This document shows, piece after piece, positions 30,864-39,483 of a stretch of 56,674 nucleotides of DNA. A model generated the notes under the pieces. The model saw nothing but the letters and a program-made list of their open reading frames with translations. It did not search any database and was not told where the DNA came from. Each line of letters starts with the position of its first letter. Within the stretch, counting starts at the first letter, position 1. This DNA is from Flavobacteriales bacterium. Its GTDB lineage: Bacteria; Bacteroidota; Bacteroidia; UBA10329. The position numbers and the translations under genes were made by a program. The stretch is from positions 1-56,674 of the forward strand of contig JBDNJH010000176.1 of assembly GCA_041687875.1 (NCBI GenBank). The letters are read 5' to 3'.

Positions 30864-31691
30864 ATGAAAAAGGCCTTCCTGCTAGAGTTAATCCTTGGTT
30901 GTGTTATCGGAATCACGCTTAGTTCGTGCCAAATAAACGCCAATGCCGACTTTGATTTGGAGTTAGACCCAGTGGTTCGGGGTAAGGTCAACCTTATCAA
31001 TAAATCAAGCAACGCCAAGAACTTTCAATGGAATTTAGCGCTGAGCGAAACGGAGAACGGTAATTACGGTTCGTCTTCCGAGTACGGCAATTACGGTTAT
31101 TTCGATGGGGAAGTCTCCCATGTTTATATTCAGGAGAATACGTGGATAGAGGTAACGCTAGAAGCAACGGGTCTCAATTCAGCATCACAGACCAAGAAAT
31201 TGCATGTAAACAATATTCCAACTCAGGTTGCTATTGGCGATATTGTCATTACCAAGGTGAAACTGACCGATGAACTTGGATACGAATGGGATGATACCGA
31301 TGGAACTCCCAACAGTGGTTCGTATGATGTAGTAGCGGAGTACCCAGATTTGCTCGTCAACAATTCGAATTTATACACCACCTACCCTGCTAATAATGTA
31401 TTGTGGAATGTGAATATTGAAACAGGGTTACCCGTAACGCTTACAACCGAACACGAAACCTTCGATAATTTAAATGGTTTTTCAAGTGCCAACTACTATT
31501 TAGAGCTGGTAGACTTTGATGGACAACCAAGCTCTATTTTCTTGGAGCCAGGCAAACGCATTGGTGTGCTGAACATTGATTTATATCGGCTCACACACAA
31601 GCAGAATGGTGGCCGCGATGACAACTACCCTGAGATATACAAGATTGTAGAAGTAGGTTTCGAAGCCGACCTATACATGAATTGGGATTAG
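30864..31691 (+). CDS. hypothetical lipoprotein
   Basis: 275 aa. Signal peptide with lipobox ITLSSC. Confidence 0.6.
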   Translation: MKKAFLLELILGCVIGITLSSCQINANADFDLELDPVVRGKVNLINKSSNAKNFQWNLALSETENGNYGSSSEYGNYGYFDGEVSHVYIQENTWIEVTLEATGLNSASQTKKLHVNNIPTQVAIGDIVITKVKLTDELGYEWDDTDGTPNSGSYDVVAEYPDLLVNNSNLYTTYPANNVLWNVNIETGLPVTLTTEHETFDNLNGFSSANYYLELVDFDGQPSSIFLEPGKRIGVLNIDLYRLTHKQNGGRDDNYPEIYKIVEVGFEADLYMNWD

Positions 31692-31692
31692 T

Positions 31693-32730
31693 TTAGATAA
31701 CCATCCCAATCATTACCCGCATTTCTGCCCTATTCGGGTCTTTGAGAATTTCATTCTGAATGATGGTTGAAACGATAGTTTCTGCATTATCAGGATAATT
31801 AACCCGTATCTGGTTTTCCTCTTCCAACCAAGTGCGAACTTGGTAGTGGCATTTTTTCTTCAGCGATTTAATGGTCGGTATTCCCATCTGATACAGAGCA
31901 AGCGCATTGCATTGCTGCTCAAACTGCGCCTTCATTGGCACCACGCAAAGCTTTTTTCCAAGGAAAAGTGCTTCCGTGGTGGCACCAAAACCCGCTGCAC
32001 ACAACACGCCAGCACACGAAGCCAAGCTTTTCAAGTATTGCTCATTATTAATCGGGCGAAGCCACACATTCTCATCAATAAAACCTTCGTTTCCATGTTT
32101 GCTAAAAACCTGCCAGTTCGTTTCTGGGAAACACTTCAATGCTTTTACAATCCGAATATCACTGTGCGCAGGAAGGTAAACGAGGTAATGGTCCTGATTG
32201 GAGGTTTTGAGTTGGCGCACTTCCTTGCGCACAATTGGCGTGAAGATGCTCGGATTGTAGCGCTGAAAGTGAAAACCATACGCATCCGAAACGGGCGCGT
32301 AATTCTGAAGAATAAATTTGCCCAGCATGTCACCACTTTCCACCACAGGTGCACCTTCGCTAAGTATCGAAGCCTGATTACTCAACCCGATACAACGCTT
32401 TTGCGCCAAGATGCACGCCCATGCAGAAACAGGTTCAAAATCAGAGATTATAAGGTCGTAAGGCGAAACATCCAACGAATTAACCTCGCGCACAAACCTG
32501 CGCGTGCGGTTGTTCTTATAGGTCTTGGTAAAACTGATGCCGCCCTTTTCGCCAAAGATGAAACTCAGGCCATGAAAGCGATAACGCACCTCAAACGGCA
32601 ACTGCAATTCACACTGATTGCCACTCAAAAGCACATCCACCTTTCCGCGTTTCTGTAAGTGCGGAATAATCTCCATCGAACGGCTCAGATGGCCGTTGCC
32701 CGTTCCCTGAATAGCGTAGAGTATTCTCAT
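31693..32730 (-). CDS. glycosyltransferase (GT-B, MJ1255-like family)
   Basis: 345 aa. N-terminal ILYAIQGTGNGHLSRS and C-terminal AGFGATTEALFLGKKLCVVPM. Confidence 0.7.
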   Translation of the reverse strand: MRILYAIQGTGNGHLSRSMEIIPHLQKRGKVDVLLSGNQCELQLPFEVRYRFHGLSFIFGEKGGISFTKTYKNNRTRRFVREVNSLDVSPYDLIISDFEPVSAWACILAQKRCIGLSNQASILSEGAPVVESGDMLGKFILQNYAPVSDAYGFHFQRYNPSIFTPIVRKEVRQLKTSNQDHYLVYLPAHSDIRIVKALKCFPETNWQVFSKHGNEGFIDENVWLRPINNEQYLKSLASCAGVLCAAGFGATTEALFLGKKLCVVPMKAQFEQQCNALALYQMGIPTIKSLKKKCHYQVRTWLEEENQIRVNYPDNAETIVSTIIQNEILKDPNRAEMRVMIGMVI

Positions 32731-33581
32731 GCACGTCTGAAGCTGAATTCCTCAATTAACCCAAAAAGAATTTCCTGACTGCTCTGTTCCACCGCCAAAT
32801 CTGGCTCAAGCAGGAAGTCTATCAAGAATACATCTTCCTCATAACGGTAAAGGCTCCATTCGCCATCGTTATATTCTAGTGATGTCAGGTTCTCAATCCA
32901 ATCACCACTGTTCATGTACGTAATCTGACCGTCATCGCCCTTTATGGTCTTGATAATCGGTTTGTGGATGTGACCACAAATCACATTGTCATATCCGTTC
33001 GAAATGCCGATTAGCGCCACAGTCGTTTCAAAATCGTTCACATGCTTCACCGCAGCCTTCACGCTATCTTTAATTCGTTTTGAGAATGAAATCTTCTCCT
33101 TGCCAATACGCTCCAACCAGCGGTTCACAAATCGATTGAAGAGAATAAGCAGGTCGTAACCCTGCCCGCCTAACTTGGCTATCCATTTCGAGTAGCGCAT
33201 GGTCACATCAAACACATCGCCATGGAATATCCACGACTTCTGCCCATCCAGTTCCAGCACCACCTTATTGTCAATATGGAGGTTTCCAATCGTCTGACCG
33301 CAAAATTTGCGCACAAACTCATCATGATTGCCAGGAATGTAATACACCTGCACACCCTTCGAAAGCATGTTCGTAATCTCCTTGATTACACGGATGTGCT
33401 CCTTCGGGAAATAGCTTTTACTGAACTGCCAGATGTCAATAATGTCGCCATTCAAGATCAGTTTTTCAGGACGAATGCTCTTCAGGTAACGCACTAGTTC
33501 CTCGGCATGGCAGCCGTAGGTTCCAAGGTGCGTATCGCTGATAATGACGGTTTCCACCGCACGTCTCGTCTCAAATTTCAT
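32727..33581 (-). CDS. LpxH-like UDP-2,3-diacylglucosamine diphosphatase (calcineurin-like phosphoesterase)
   Basis: 284 aa. Metallophosphoesterase motifs ISDTHLG, NGDIID, GNHD and GHIH. Overlaps the glycosyltransferase start by 4 nt. Confidence 0.75.
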   Translation of the reverse strand: MKFETRRAVETVIISDTHLGTYGCHAEELVRYLKSIRPEKLILNGDIIDIWQFSKSYFPKEHIRVIKEITNMLSKGVQVYYIPGNHDEFVRKFCGQTIGNLHIDNKVVLELDGQKSWIFHGDVFDVTMRYSKWIAKLGGQGYDLLILFNRFVNRWLERIGKEKISFSKRIKDSVKAAVKHVNDFETTVALIGISNGYDNVICGHIHKPIIKTIKGDDGQITYMNSGDWIENLTSLEYNDGEWSLYRYEEDVFLIDFLLEPDLAVEQSSQEILFGLIEEFSFRRA

Positions 33582-33651
33582 GGCTTTGGTTTATGGGTTT
33601 TGGCATATCGTATTTCTTCGCAAAGCGGAATGCAGCACGAATGGCCGCAAA

Positions 33652-33675
33652 TAAAAAAAGACGCAAAAGCGTCTT
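33652..33675 (-). terminator. intrinsic terminator on the minus strand about 290 nt downstream of the nearest minus-strand stop
   Basis: On the minus strand, aagacgc tttt gcgtctt is followed by ttttttt. Confidence 0.65.
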
Positions 33676-33964
33676 AAATCGGAGGTGAAACATGCTAGAA
33701 GTTTGGAACACCGTTTGGGAGAAATATTGAGGGTTCTTTTCCTTGCTCCTAATCTGGGAACTTCCGTGCAAATGCGGTGGAATAACTGCTCTCGCCTTTC
33801 GGACCATCAAGTCCTTGGTGTTGGTTTGTGCAAAGGAACAGCAACCATCCGCACCACTCATTAAGCACAGATTACCCTTCAGTTAAATGTCAGGTGCAGC
33901 CAAGCTTACGAAACCATGTCAATGCGAGAAATTTCTTTCCGAAAATTTCGTGGCAATCGTCCTT

Positions 33965-34435
33965 TCAATAAACAATCAGCACATTCTGTCGGTCGCCACT
34001 CACGTTCTTATGAATCTTTTTGGCCAAGGCTTCGGCCTTTTCCTTGTTCACAGTGCCTTGCTCTTCAATAACGCCATCCTTGTACAAAGCCTCATAGATC
34101 CGTTTGGCTGGCAAATCCGTTTCAAACGTGATATTCTCATCCATAAACGTTGCCACAGCATACCATTTTTTGGTGGTCTTCGGGTAGCTGGTCCGCTTCG
34201 GATCATTCATGTTATTGTAGGCAGGGTTGGGCACATCAAACGAATGCCATTCTACCTTGATGAGATTTTTGTCTTCCAGATTCGAGATGATCTCGTTGCC
34301 ATAGTCCTTGTTCGTTTTCAGGTATTCGATTCCATCCACAGTAATCAGACCCTTCTTCACCTTTATCTTCTGAGCATGCACCGCAGTTGTAGCAACAAGG
34401 AACAATAGGAAAATGGAAAGCAAGTTCTTTATCAT
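33965..34435 (-). CDS. hypothetical secreted protein
   Basis: 156 aa. Signal peptide (FLVATTAVHAQ). Confidence 0.6.
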   Translation of the reverse strand: MIKNLLSIFLLFLVATTAVHAQKIKVKKGLITVDGIEYLKTNKDYGNEIISNLEDKNLIKVEWHSFDVPNPAYNNMNDPKRTSYPKTTKKWYAVATFMDENITFETDLPAKRIYEALYKDGVIEEQGTVNKEKAEALAKKIHKNVSGDRQNVLIVY

Positions 34436-34656
34436 CTTAGTAAGAGTTGGTTAAAGCATAAATCTACGCATTGATGTAACCGAAGCACGGTTGGTGTGAA
34501 AAATTCCTTGCAAGCACTCACCGTGCTCCCAAGTCTTCTGCATAACGACTGATGTGATTCATAGCACAACCAGTTTGCAACTAATCTCAACACAAGCAGC
34601 AAACCTTCAGGGCTGACAGGGTTTATTCAACTAACTCCCTTAAAATTCCCGAAACT

Positions 34657-34761
34657 GCCATAACTCCCGTGACGACTGGCATAACTCGCATGACGTTTGG
34701 CATAACTCGTATGGTAATTGCCATAACTCCCGTGGAAACTGCCATAACTCGCACGGTAACT
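34657..34761. repeat. five tandem 21-bp repeats (GSCATAACTCSYRYGR...)
   Basis: Units start at 34657, 34678, 34699, 34720 and 34741, each with an invariant CATAACTC core in exact 21-bp register. Lies in the divergent intergenic region upstream of fabG. Confidence 0.85.
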
Positions 34762-34811
34762 TCACCCTAGAATCCAAAATGCTGAACTACCCCTTGGCAT
34801 CTTCGCTTTCC

Positions 34812-34819
34812 TATCTTTG
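34812..34819 (+). promoter_or_regulatory. candidate -7 promoter box (TATCTTTG)
   Basis: TAnnTTTG 18 nt upstream of the fabG ATG. Confidence 0.4.
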
Positions 34820-34836
34820 GCCAAAATGCAATACGT

Positions 34837-35583
34837 ATGAAATTGTTGGAAGGCAAAGTAGCCTTGGTTACGGGTGGTACGCGCGGCATTGGCAAGGGCA
34901 TTTGTAGTCAGTTTGCCAAAGAAGGCGCCACTGTGGTGTTCACCTATCTCTCATCAGAAGAAAAAGCCAAAGCCTTGGAGGCTGAATTGGCAGCCTTTGG
35001 TGGTGCAGTGCTGGCAGTAAAGTCAAATGCATCCGATTTCGGGCAGACAGAAGCGTTGGTCAACCAAGTGATAGCGCAATTTGGGCAGTTAGATATAGTG
35101 GTGAACAACGCAGGCATCACTCGCGATAACTTGCTCATGCGCATGAAGGAAGAAGATTGGGACGCGGTGATGGACACCAATTTGAAATCGGTTTTCAACG
35201 TGACCAAAGCCGTTCAGCGTCCCATGCTGAAACAGCGTAGTGGAAGCATCATCAACATTAGTTCTATTGTGGGTGTTCAGGGTAACGCAGGACAATCGAA
35301 TTATGCGGCCAGCAAGGCAGGCATCATCGGTTTTACCAAGAGCATTGCCAAGGAGTTGGGTTCGCGCAACATCCGTTGCAACGCCATTACACCTGGGTTT
35401 ATAGAAACAGAAATGACAGAAGCGTTAGACGAGAAAGTGGTGGAAGAATGGCGTAAGAGCATTCCACTAAAGCGCGGTGGCACGCCAGAAGATGTGGCCA
35501 ATGCCGCAGTATTCCTCGCCAGCGATATGTCGAGTTACGTAACTGGGCAGGTAGTTTCTGTCTGTGGAGGGATGTTGACGTGA
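34837..35583 (+). CDS. fabG: 3-oxoacyl-[acyl-carrier-protein] reductase
   Basis: 248 aa. SDR motifs TGGTRGIG, NNAG and YAASKAG with overall FabG collinearity. Confidence 0.93.
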   Translation: MKLLEGKVALVTGGTRGIGKGICSQFAKEGATVVFTYLSSEEKAKALEAELAAFGGAVLAVKSNASDFGQTEALVNQVIAQFGQLDIVVNNAGITRDNLLMRMKEEDWDAVMDTNLKSVFNVTKAVQRPMLKQRSGSIINISSIVGVQGNAGQSNYAASKAGIIGFTKSIAKELGSRNIRCNAITPGFIETEMTEALDEKVVEEWRKSIPLKRGGTPEDVANAAVFLASDMSSYVTGQVVSVCGGMLT

Positions 35584-35602
35584 GAGAGTTGAAATTTGAA
35601 TA

Positions 35603-35745
35603 TGACCACCCCGTCCCTTCGGGACACCCCTCCTTTTTAGGAGGGGAGATGGCACTTCGATTCAGCTTACTTCCAGATTTTAATCAAGGCATCAACTCCT
35701 CCCCTGAAAAGGGGAGGTGGCCCGATTTTTTCGGGACGGAGGGGT
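35603..35745. repeat. hairpin-rich palindromic (MITE-like) intergenic element
   Basis: Left arm gaccaccccgtcccttcgggacacccctcctttttaggaggggag. Right arm ctcccctgaaaaggggaggtggcccgattttttcgggacggaggggtc. The arms are imperfect reverse complements and each holds two short GC hairpins. Confidence 0.6.
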
Positions 35746-35818
35746 CAGATCAACAAAGGTGGAGTGTCCGCCAGAGTTGGCAGAGGGGAGCAATGTCTAA
35801 CAAATTTTCAATTCAAGT

Positions 35819-37903
35819 TTGAGCATAATCTTCCAATATTCAACATGGTTTTTGCTGCTGGCCCTTGTGGTCGGGGTAGCCTACGCCCTCGGAATGTATT
35901 TCCGCGAAAAGCGTACAGCCACAATGCCCATTTGGATGCTGCGTGGCTTGGCGGCAGTCCGCGGTATCACCATTTTTATTCTCGTTGTACTGCTGATTGG
36001 TCCGTTGATCAAATCAGTCACCAAGCGCACCGAAAAACCAATTGTAGTTATAGCACAAGACAATTCTTCGAGTATTCCGCTGAACAGCGATAGCGCCTTT
36101 TACCGTACCGAATACTTAGAAGGACTGGCGGCATTGCGCGCTTCTCTTTCGGACGAATACGAAGTGCGGAGCTACGTGTTTGGCAATGCAGTGAACGAAA
36201 CCGAAACACCAGATTTCTCTGATGGCAGAACCGATATGTCAGAACTTTTTGAAGAGTTGGATAATGTCTATGCCAATCGTAATGTGGGCGCGGTAATCCT
36301 TGCTTCGGATGGATTGTACAACCGAGGCCGCGACCCTATTTACAGCCCGCTGCATCTCAATACGCCCATCTATTCCATCGCCTTGGGCGATACAAGTATC
36401 AAGCGAGATGTGATTTTGAAAAAGGTTGACCACAACCGATATGCCTACTTGGGAAATGAATTTCCGGTGGATATAACCATAGAGGCTGAGAAGTTCCAAG
36501 GAAAGGACGTAACCGTTCAGCTTTCGGGCGATAACGGCATACTGTGGGAGCAGCGCGTGAGCATCAACAGCAACTCATTCCGCAAGGTAGTATCAGCCAA
36601 ACTAAAAGCCCAAGTGCCTGGATTGAATCGAATTCGTGCCAGTGTAAGCGTACTAAGCGGAGAACTTTCGCGAAGCAATAACACGCAGGATTTCTTTGTA
36701 GAAGTGCTAGACGGACGGCAGAAGGTGCTCATTCTTGCGGCCAATCCGCACCCAGATATTGCAGCCATCAAACGAAGCATCAGCGGCAACGATAACTACG
36801 AAGTGGATGCGTTTGTATTGGGCGAAAAGGAGTTCAATACCGAGCAGTACGACCTTATTATTCTGCATCAATTACCACAAACAGGAGGGAAGGGAAGACC
36901 CGACATGGATAAAATCCGTGCTTCAACCGTTCCTGTGTTCTGTATTGTGGGTGGCAAGACCGACCTACGCTGGTTCAACGATATGAACTTCGGATTGCAG
37001 ATAAACGCAGCAAGACAAAGCAAGAACGAAGTGCTTCCTGTTTTTGCCAAAGGTTTTTCGCTTTTCACCTTAGACGAGAATGTGCGAAGAATGCTGCAAC
37101 GCTATCCGCCACTCAACGCACCTTTTGGGGAATACGCAGCAAGCGGTTCGGCTCAAACGCTCTTCAATCAACGCATCGGAAACGTGGAAACACAGAATCC
37201 GCTTCTGCTTTTCAATGATGTATCTGGAAGAAAGACAGCTGTGTTGGTTGGCGATGGTATTTGGCGATGGCGAATAAGAGACTTTGAGGAGAATGGTTCT
37301 CACGAGATATTTGATGGAATGCTCTCAAAAGTGGTGCAATTCCTTGCGCTCAAAACCGACAAGAGTCTGTTCCGAGTAAATACAAAAAACCGTTATTCAG
37401 AAGATGAGGTGGTTGTATTCAACGCAGAACTCTACAACGAAACCTACGAGCCCATCAACGAGCCAGAAGTCGATTTGACCATAACCGATGAGCAAGGGAA
37501 GGTGTACGAGTACAAATTCAACCGAACAGACAACGCCTATCGATTGAATGCTGGAAGCTTCAAAGAAGGAAACTACCGTTACAAGGCGCAGGTAAGCAAT
37601 GGCGGAAAGGTGCTCGAAAGTTCAGGCCAGTTCATGGTAGCCGCTCTCAAACTAGAAACCACCCGCACCACTGCCGACCACGCTTTGATGTATAAGATTG
37701 CCAACGGTTCAGGCGGTTCGCTTTTCTTCCCACGCGAGTTAGACAAGCTGGCAGAGGCCATTAAAGCACGAGACGACATCCGCAACGTGGTGTACGAACA
37801 AACGTTGTTCAAAGAAGCCATTCATTTGAAGTGGATATTCTTTCTCATCCTTGCCTTGCTCAGTCTTGAGTGGTTTGTGAGGAAAAGAAATGGGGCTTAC
37901 TAA
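35819..37903 (+). CDS. membrane protein with N-terminal double-TM (BatA-N-like) region and C-terminal TM anchor
   Basis: 694 aa with a TTG start. TM segments at the N-terminus (WFLLLALVVGVAYALG, ITIFILVVLLIG) and C-terminus (IFFLILALLSLEWF). The central part is not recognised confidently. Confidence 0.65.
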   Translation: MSIIFQYSTWFLLLALVVGVAYALGMYFREKRTATMPIWMLRGLAAVRGITIFILVVLLIGPLIKSVTKRTEKPIVVIAQDNSSSIPLNSDSAFYRTEYLEGLAALRASLSDEYEVRSYVFGNAVNETETPDFSDGRTDMSELFEELDNVYANRNVGAVILASDGLYNRGRDPIYSPLHLNTPIYSIALGDTSIKRDVILKKVDHNRYAYLGNEFPVDITIEAEKFQGKDVTVQLSGDNGILWEQRVSINSNSFRKVVSAKLKAQVPGLNRIRASVSVLSGELSRSNNTQDFFVEVLDGRQKVLILAANPHPDIAAIKRSISGNDNYEVDAFVLGEKEFNTEQYDLIILHQLPQTGGKGRPDMDKIRASTVPVFCIVGGKTDLRWFNDMNFGLQINAARQSKNEVLPVFAKGFSLFTLDENVRRMLQRYPPLNAPFGEYAASGSAQTLFNQRIGNVETQNPLLLFNDVSGRKTAVLVGDGIWRWRIRDFEENGSHEIFDGMLSKVVQFLALKTDKSLFRVNTKNRYSEDEVVVFNAELYNETYEPINEPEVDLTITDEQGKVYEYKFNRTDNAYRLNAGSFKEGNYRYKAQVSNGGKVLESSGQFMVAALKLETTRTTADHALMYKIANGSGGSLFFPRELDKLAEAIKARDDIRNVVYEQTLFKEAIHLKWIFFLILALLSLEWFVRKRNGAY

Positions 37904-37956
37904 TTAGCGAATTGGATAATTAGCGAATATGCTAATGGAAATCCGTGTTAATCAGT

Positions 37957-38289
37957 TCAATCTGTTTTCTGTCTCACCTCAATAGGTCCAAATTTCAGTG
38001 GTTGCTCCAATACGTTTAGAACCTGTGAGGAAAGATGATGTAATGTCAGATAAGAGTTGTCTTCGGCATTAAACACAATGACGCAGATTGGATACTTCTC
38101 AAAGTTCTGCTGAAACTGCAGGTTCTTGTCAAAAGTAAGGAGTACTTCAAAATTCTTACTCAACATCAGTTCCAGGAGTTCTCCATTCTTCTTGCTGTTC
38201 CACCCCATGTCACGAACCGTGTATACCTCATGGGCCGAAAGGTCGGTTTTGAGCTTTTTCGGAAGATTCTCGTCAAGCAACAGCTTCAT
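37957..38289 (-). CDS. DUF5615-type PIN-like toxin candidate
   Basis: 110 aa. MKLLLDENLPKKL...TFDKNL pattern typical of DUF5615 partners of DUF433 proteins. Confidence 0.7.
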   Translation of the reverse strand: MKLLLDENLPKKLKTDLSAHEVYTVRDMGWNSKKNGELLELMLSKNFEVLLTFDKNLQFQQNFEKYPICVIVFNAEDNSYLTLHHLSSQVLNVLEQPLKFGPIEVRQKTD

Positions 38290-38515
38290 AGAACTTGCCT
38301 ATCTGGTCTGAACCAATGAGTTTATTGGCAATTTCCAACACGCCATTTACCTGTTTGCGCGTAACGCTGGGGAAATCATCCAAGAAATCATCAATACTGA
38401 TTCCCTTCTCCAAATGCCAAAAAAGACTCTGAACAGGAACGCGGGTGCCGCTAAAGACCGGCTGGCCACCTTGAATTTCCTTATCGATGGTAATATGGTC
38501 GCTTAATAGGCTCAT
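38273..38515 (-). CDS. DUF433-type antitoxin candidate
   Basis: ATG at 38515 gives MSLLSDHITIDKEIQGGQPVFSGTRVPVQSLF.... The longer track ORF to 38587 runs into a relic of the M23 gene. Overlaps the downstream toxin by 17 nt. Confidence 0.7.
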   Translation of the reverse strand: MSLLSDHITIDKEIQGGQPVFSGTRVPVQSLFWHLEKGISIDDFLDDFPSVTRKQVNGVLEIANKLIGSDQIGKFYEAVA

Positions 38516-38520
38516 TACCT

Positions 38521-38528
38521 CAAAGATA
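38521..38528 (-). promoter_or_regulatory. candidate -7 box (TATCTTTG on the minus strand) in the conserved spacer upstream of the DUF433 gene
   Basis: Same box and same spacer as at 40643..40650. Confidence 0.4.
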
Positions 38529-38550
38529 AGCTTTAGGTTCTCGAAATAAG

Positions 38551-38621
38551 TTACTGAACGGTTATATTCAATTCCCTCACATTTCATACCGCATCTGTAG
38601 CTGAAATACGGAAAGTGTTCT
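38551..38621 (-). repeat. relic R1 of the 3' end of the M23 peptidase gene (true copy at 40673..40766)
   Basis: The minus strand reads TFRISATDAV*NVRELNITVQ*, against FRISATDAVGNVRELNITVQ* in the intact gene. By hand, most positions match over about 70 nt. Confidence 0.75.
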
Positions 38622-38730
38622 ACGAAAAACCAACATTAAAGAAGCTATTCATTTGAATTGGATCTTCTTTCTCATCTTTGCCTTGCTCAGTCTTGAGTGG
38701 TTTGTGAGGAAAAGAAATGGGGCTTATTGA
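38615..38730 (+). repeat. relic of the 3' end of the 694-aa gene (true copy at 37787..37903)
   Basis: The last 93 nt (38638..38730 against 37811..37903) differ at 6 positions by hand alignment. A 1-nt indel lies upstream. A stop codon is retained (TGA instead of TAA). Confidence 0.85.
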
Positions 38731-38734
38731 TTTG

Positions 38735-39412
38735 ATGATGGACGGATTATCCAAGATTCGAATTTTAGCAATTGTGTTTCTGTTCTCGGTTTATGCAACC
38801 GCGCAAGAAACCAAACTGACCGATTCTAAAACCTTTAAGTTCCAGAACGGAGACTTGCTTTTTCAAGACTTGGATTGTGGAGGTTTATGCACAGCTATTG
38901 AAACCGTAACAGAAGGGGTTGACGGAAAGTCGTTTTCGCACTTAGGTCTGGTTCATATTTATAATGATTCCGTAGTCGTTATTGAAGCCATCGGAGAGGG
39001 CGTTCAAGTAACACCTATTCAGGTATTTGTTAATCGCAACTTAGATGCAGCAGGAAACCCTAAAGTAATTGTGACTCGATTGGTTGATGACAATTTATCT
39101 CTGAAAAAGAAGGCACTGGATTTTGCGGTAGCTCAACTTGGAATGCCGTACGATGATGCTTTTCTCTACAATAACGGAAGCTACTATTGCAGCGAGCTGA
39201 TTTACGATGCATTCAAATTCGCCAATGACGACCGGCCGTTTTTTGAGCTCCGTCCAATGACTTTCAAAGATCCTGCAACCAACGAGATGTTTCCAGTTTG
39301 GGTGGAATATTACGAGAACTTAAAAATGCCTATTCCCGAAGGAGAGTTGGGCTGTAACCCCGGTGGGATTTCTAGAAGTGAGAAGCTACACGTGGTGGCT
39401 TCGTTCTATTGA
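38735..39412 (+). CDS. YiiX/YaeF-like permuted papain-fold (NlpC/P60 superfamily) hydrolase, secreted
   Basis: ATG at 38735 gives a signal peptide (ILAIVFLFSVYATAQ). SHLGLV and YYCSELIYDAF motifs fit the family. The track start at 38717 lies inside the relic repeat. Confidence 0.7.
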   Translation: MMDGLSKIRILAIVFLFSVYATAQETKLTDSKTFKFQNGDLLFQDLDCGGLCTAIETVTEGVDGKSFSHLGLVHIYNDSVVVIEAIGEGVQVTPIQVFVNRNLDAAGNPKVIVTRLVDDNLSLKKKALDFAVAQLGMPYDDAFLYNNGSYYCSELIYDAFKFANDDRPFFELRPMTFKDPATNEMFPVWVEYYENLKMPIPEGELGCNPGGISRSEKLHVVASFY

Positions 39413-39483
39413 ACCATCACAACCAATTTCTGCACATTCTCAACTTTGTGTTTTGTCTGTATCTTCGTTCAAAGCTTAGAATA

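Noticed and set aside
31840-32658. 272-aa plus-strand ORF antisense to the glycosyltransferase gene
   Set aside because: The minus-strand frame carries recognisable GT-B motifs and operon coupling with the LpxH-like gene. The plus-strand product is Arg/His/Lys-rich nonsense typical of antisense frames.
33760-33830. Possible SRP (4.5S) RNA on the minus strand because of a ggtcc-GAAA-gg…agcag motif
   Set aside because: I could not pair the flanks into the expected helix 8 or closing stem, and the conserved loop sequences do not match what I remember. It is kept only as part of the generic candidate-ncRNA finding.
33571-34408. 96-aa minus-strand and 173-aa plus-strand ORFs around the lpxH-like upstream region
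   Set aside because: The 96-aa ORF reads through a strong terminator hairpin. The 173-aa ORF is antisense to a signal-peptide-bearing 156-aa gene. Neither has sensible composition.
34657-34761. Possible CRISPR array
   Set aside because: The 21-bp units are directly adjacent with no unique spacers. There are only five units, no cas genes in the window, and the repeats are too short.
35580-36093. 80-aa and 109-aa plus-strand ORFs downstream of fabG
   Set aside because: They are generated by the GC-rich palindromic element (PSGHPSFLGGE-type translation) and an out-of-frame overlap with the 694-aa gene start.
38516-38587. N-terminal 24-codon extension of the DUF433 ORF (MKCEGIEYNRSVTYFENLKLIFEV)
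   Set aside because: The extension is an out-of-frame reading of the M23 3'-end relic R1 plus the conserved spacer. The internal ATG at 38515 gives a protein of typical DUF433 size.
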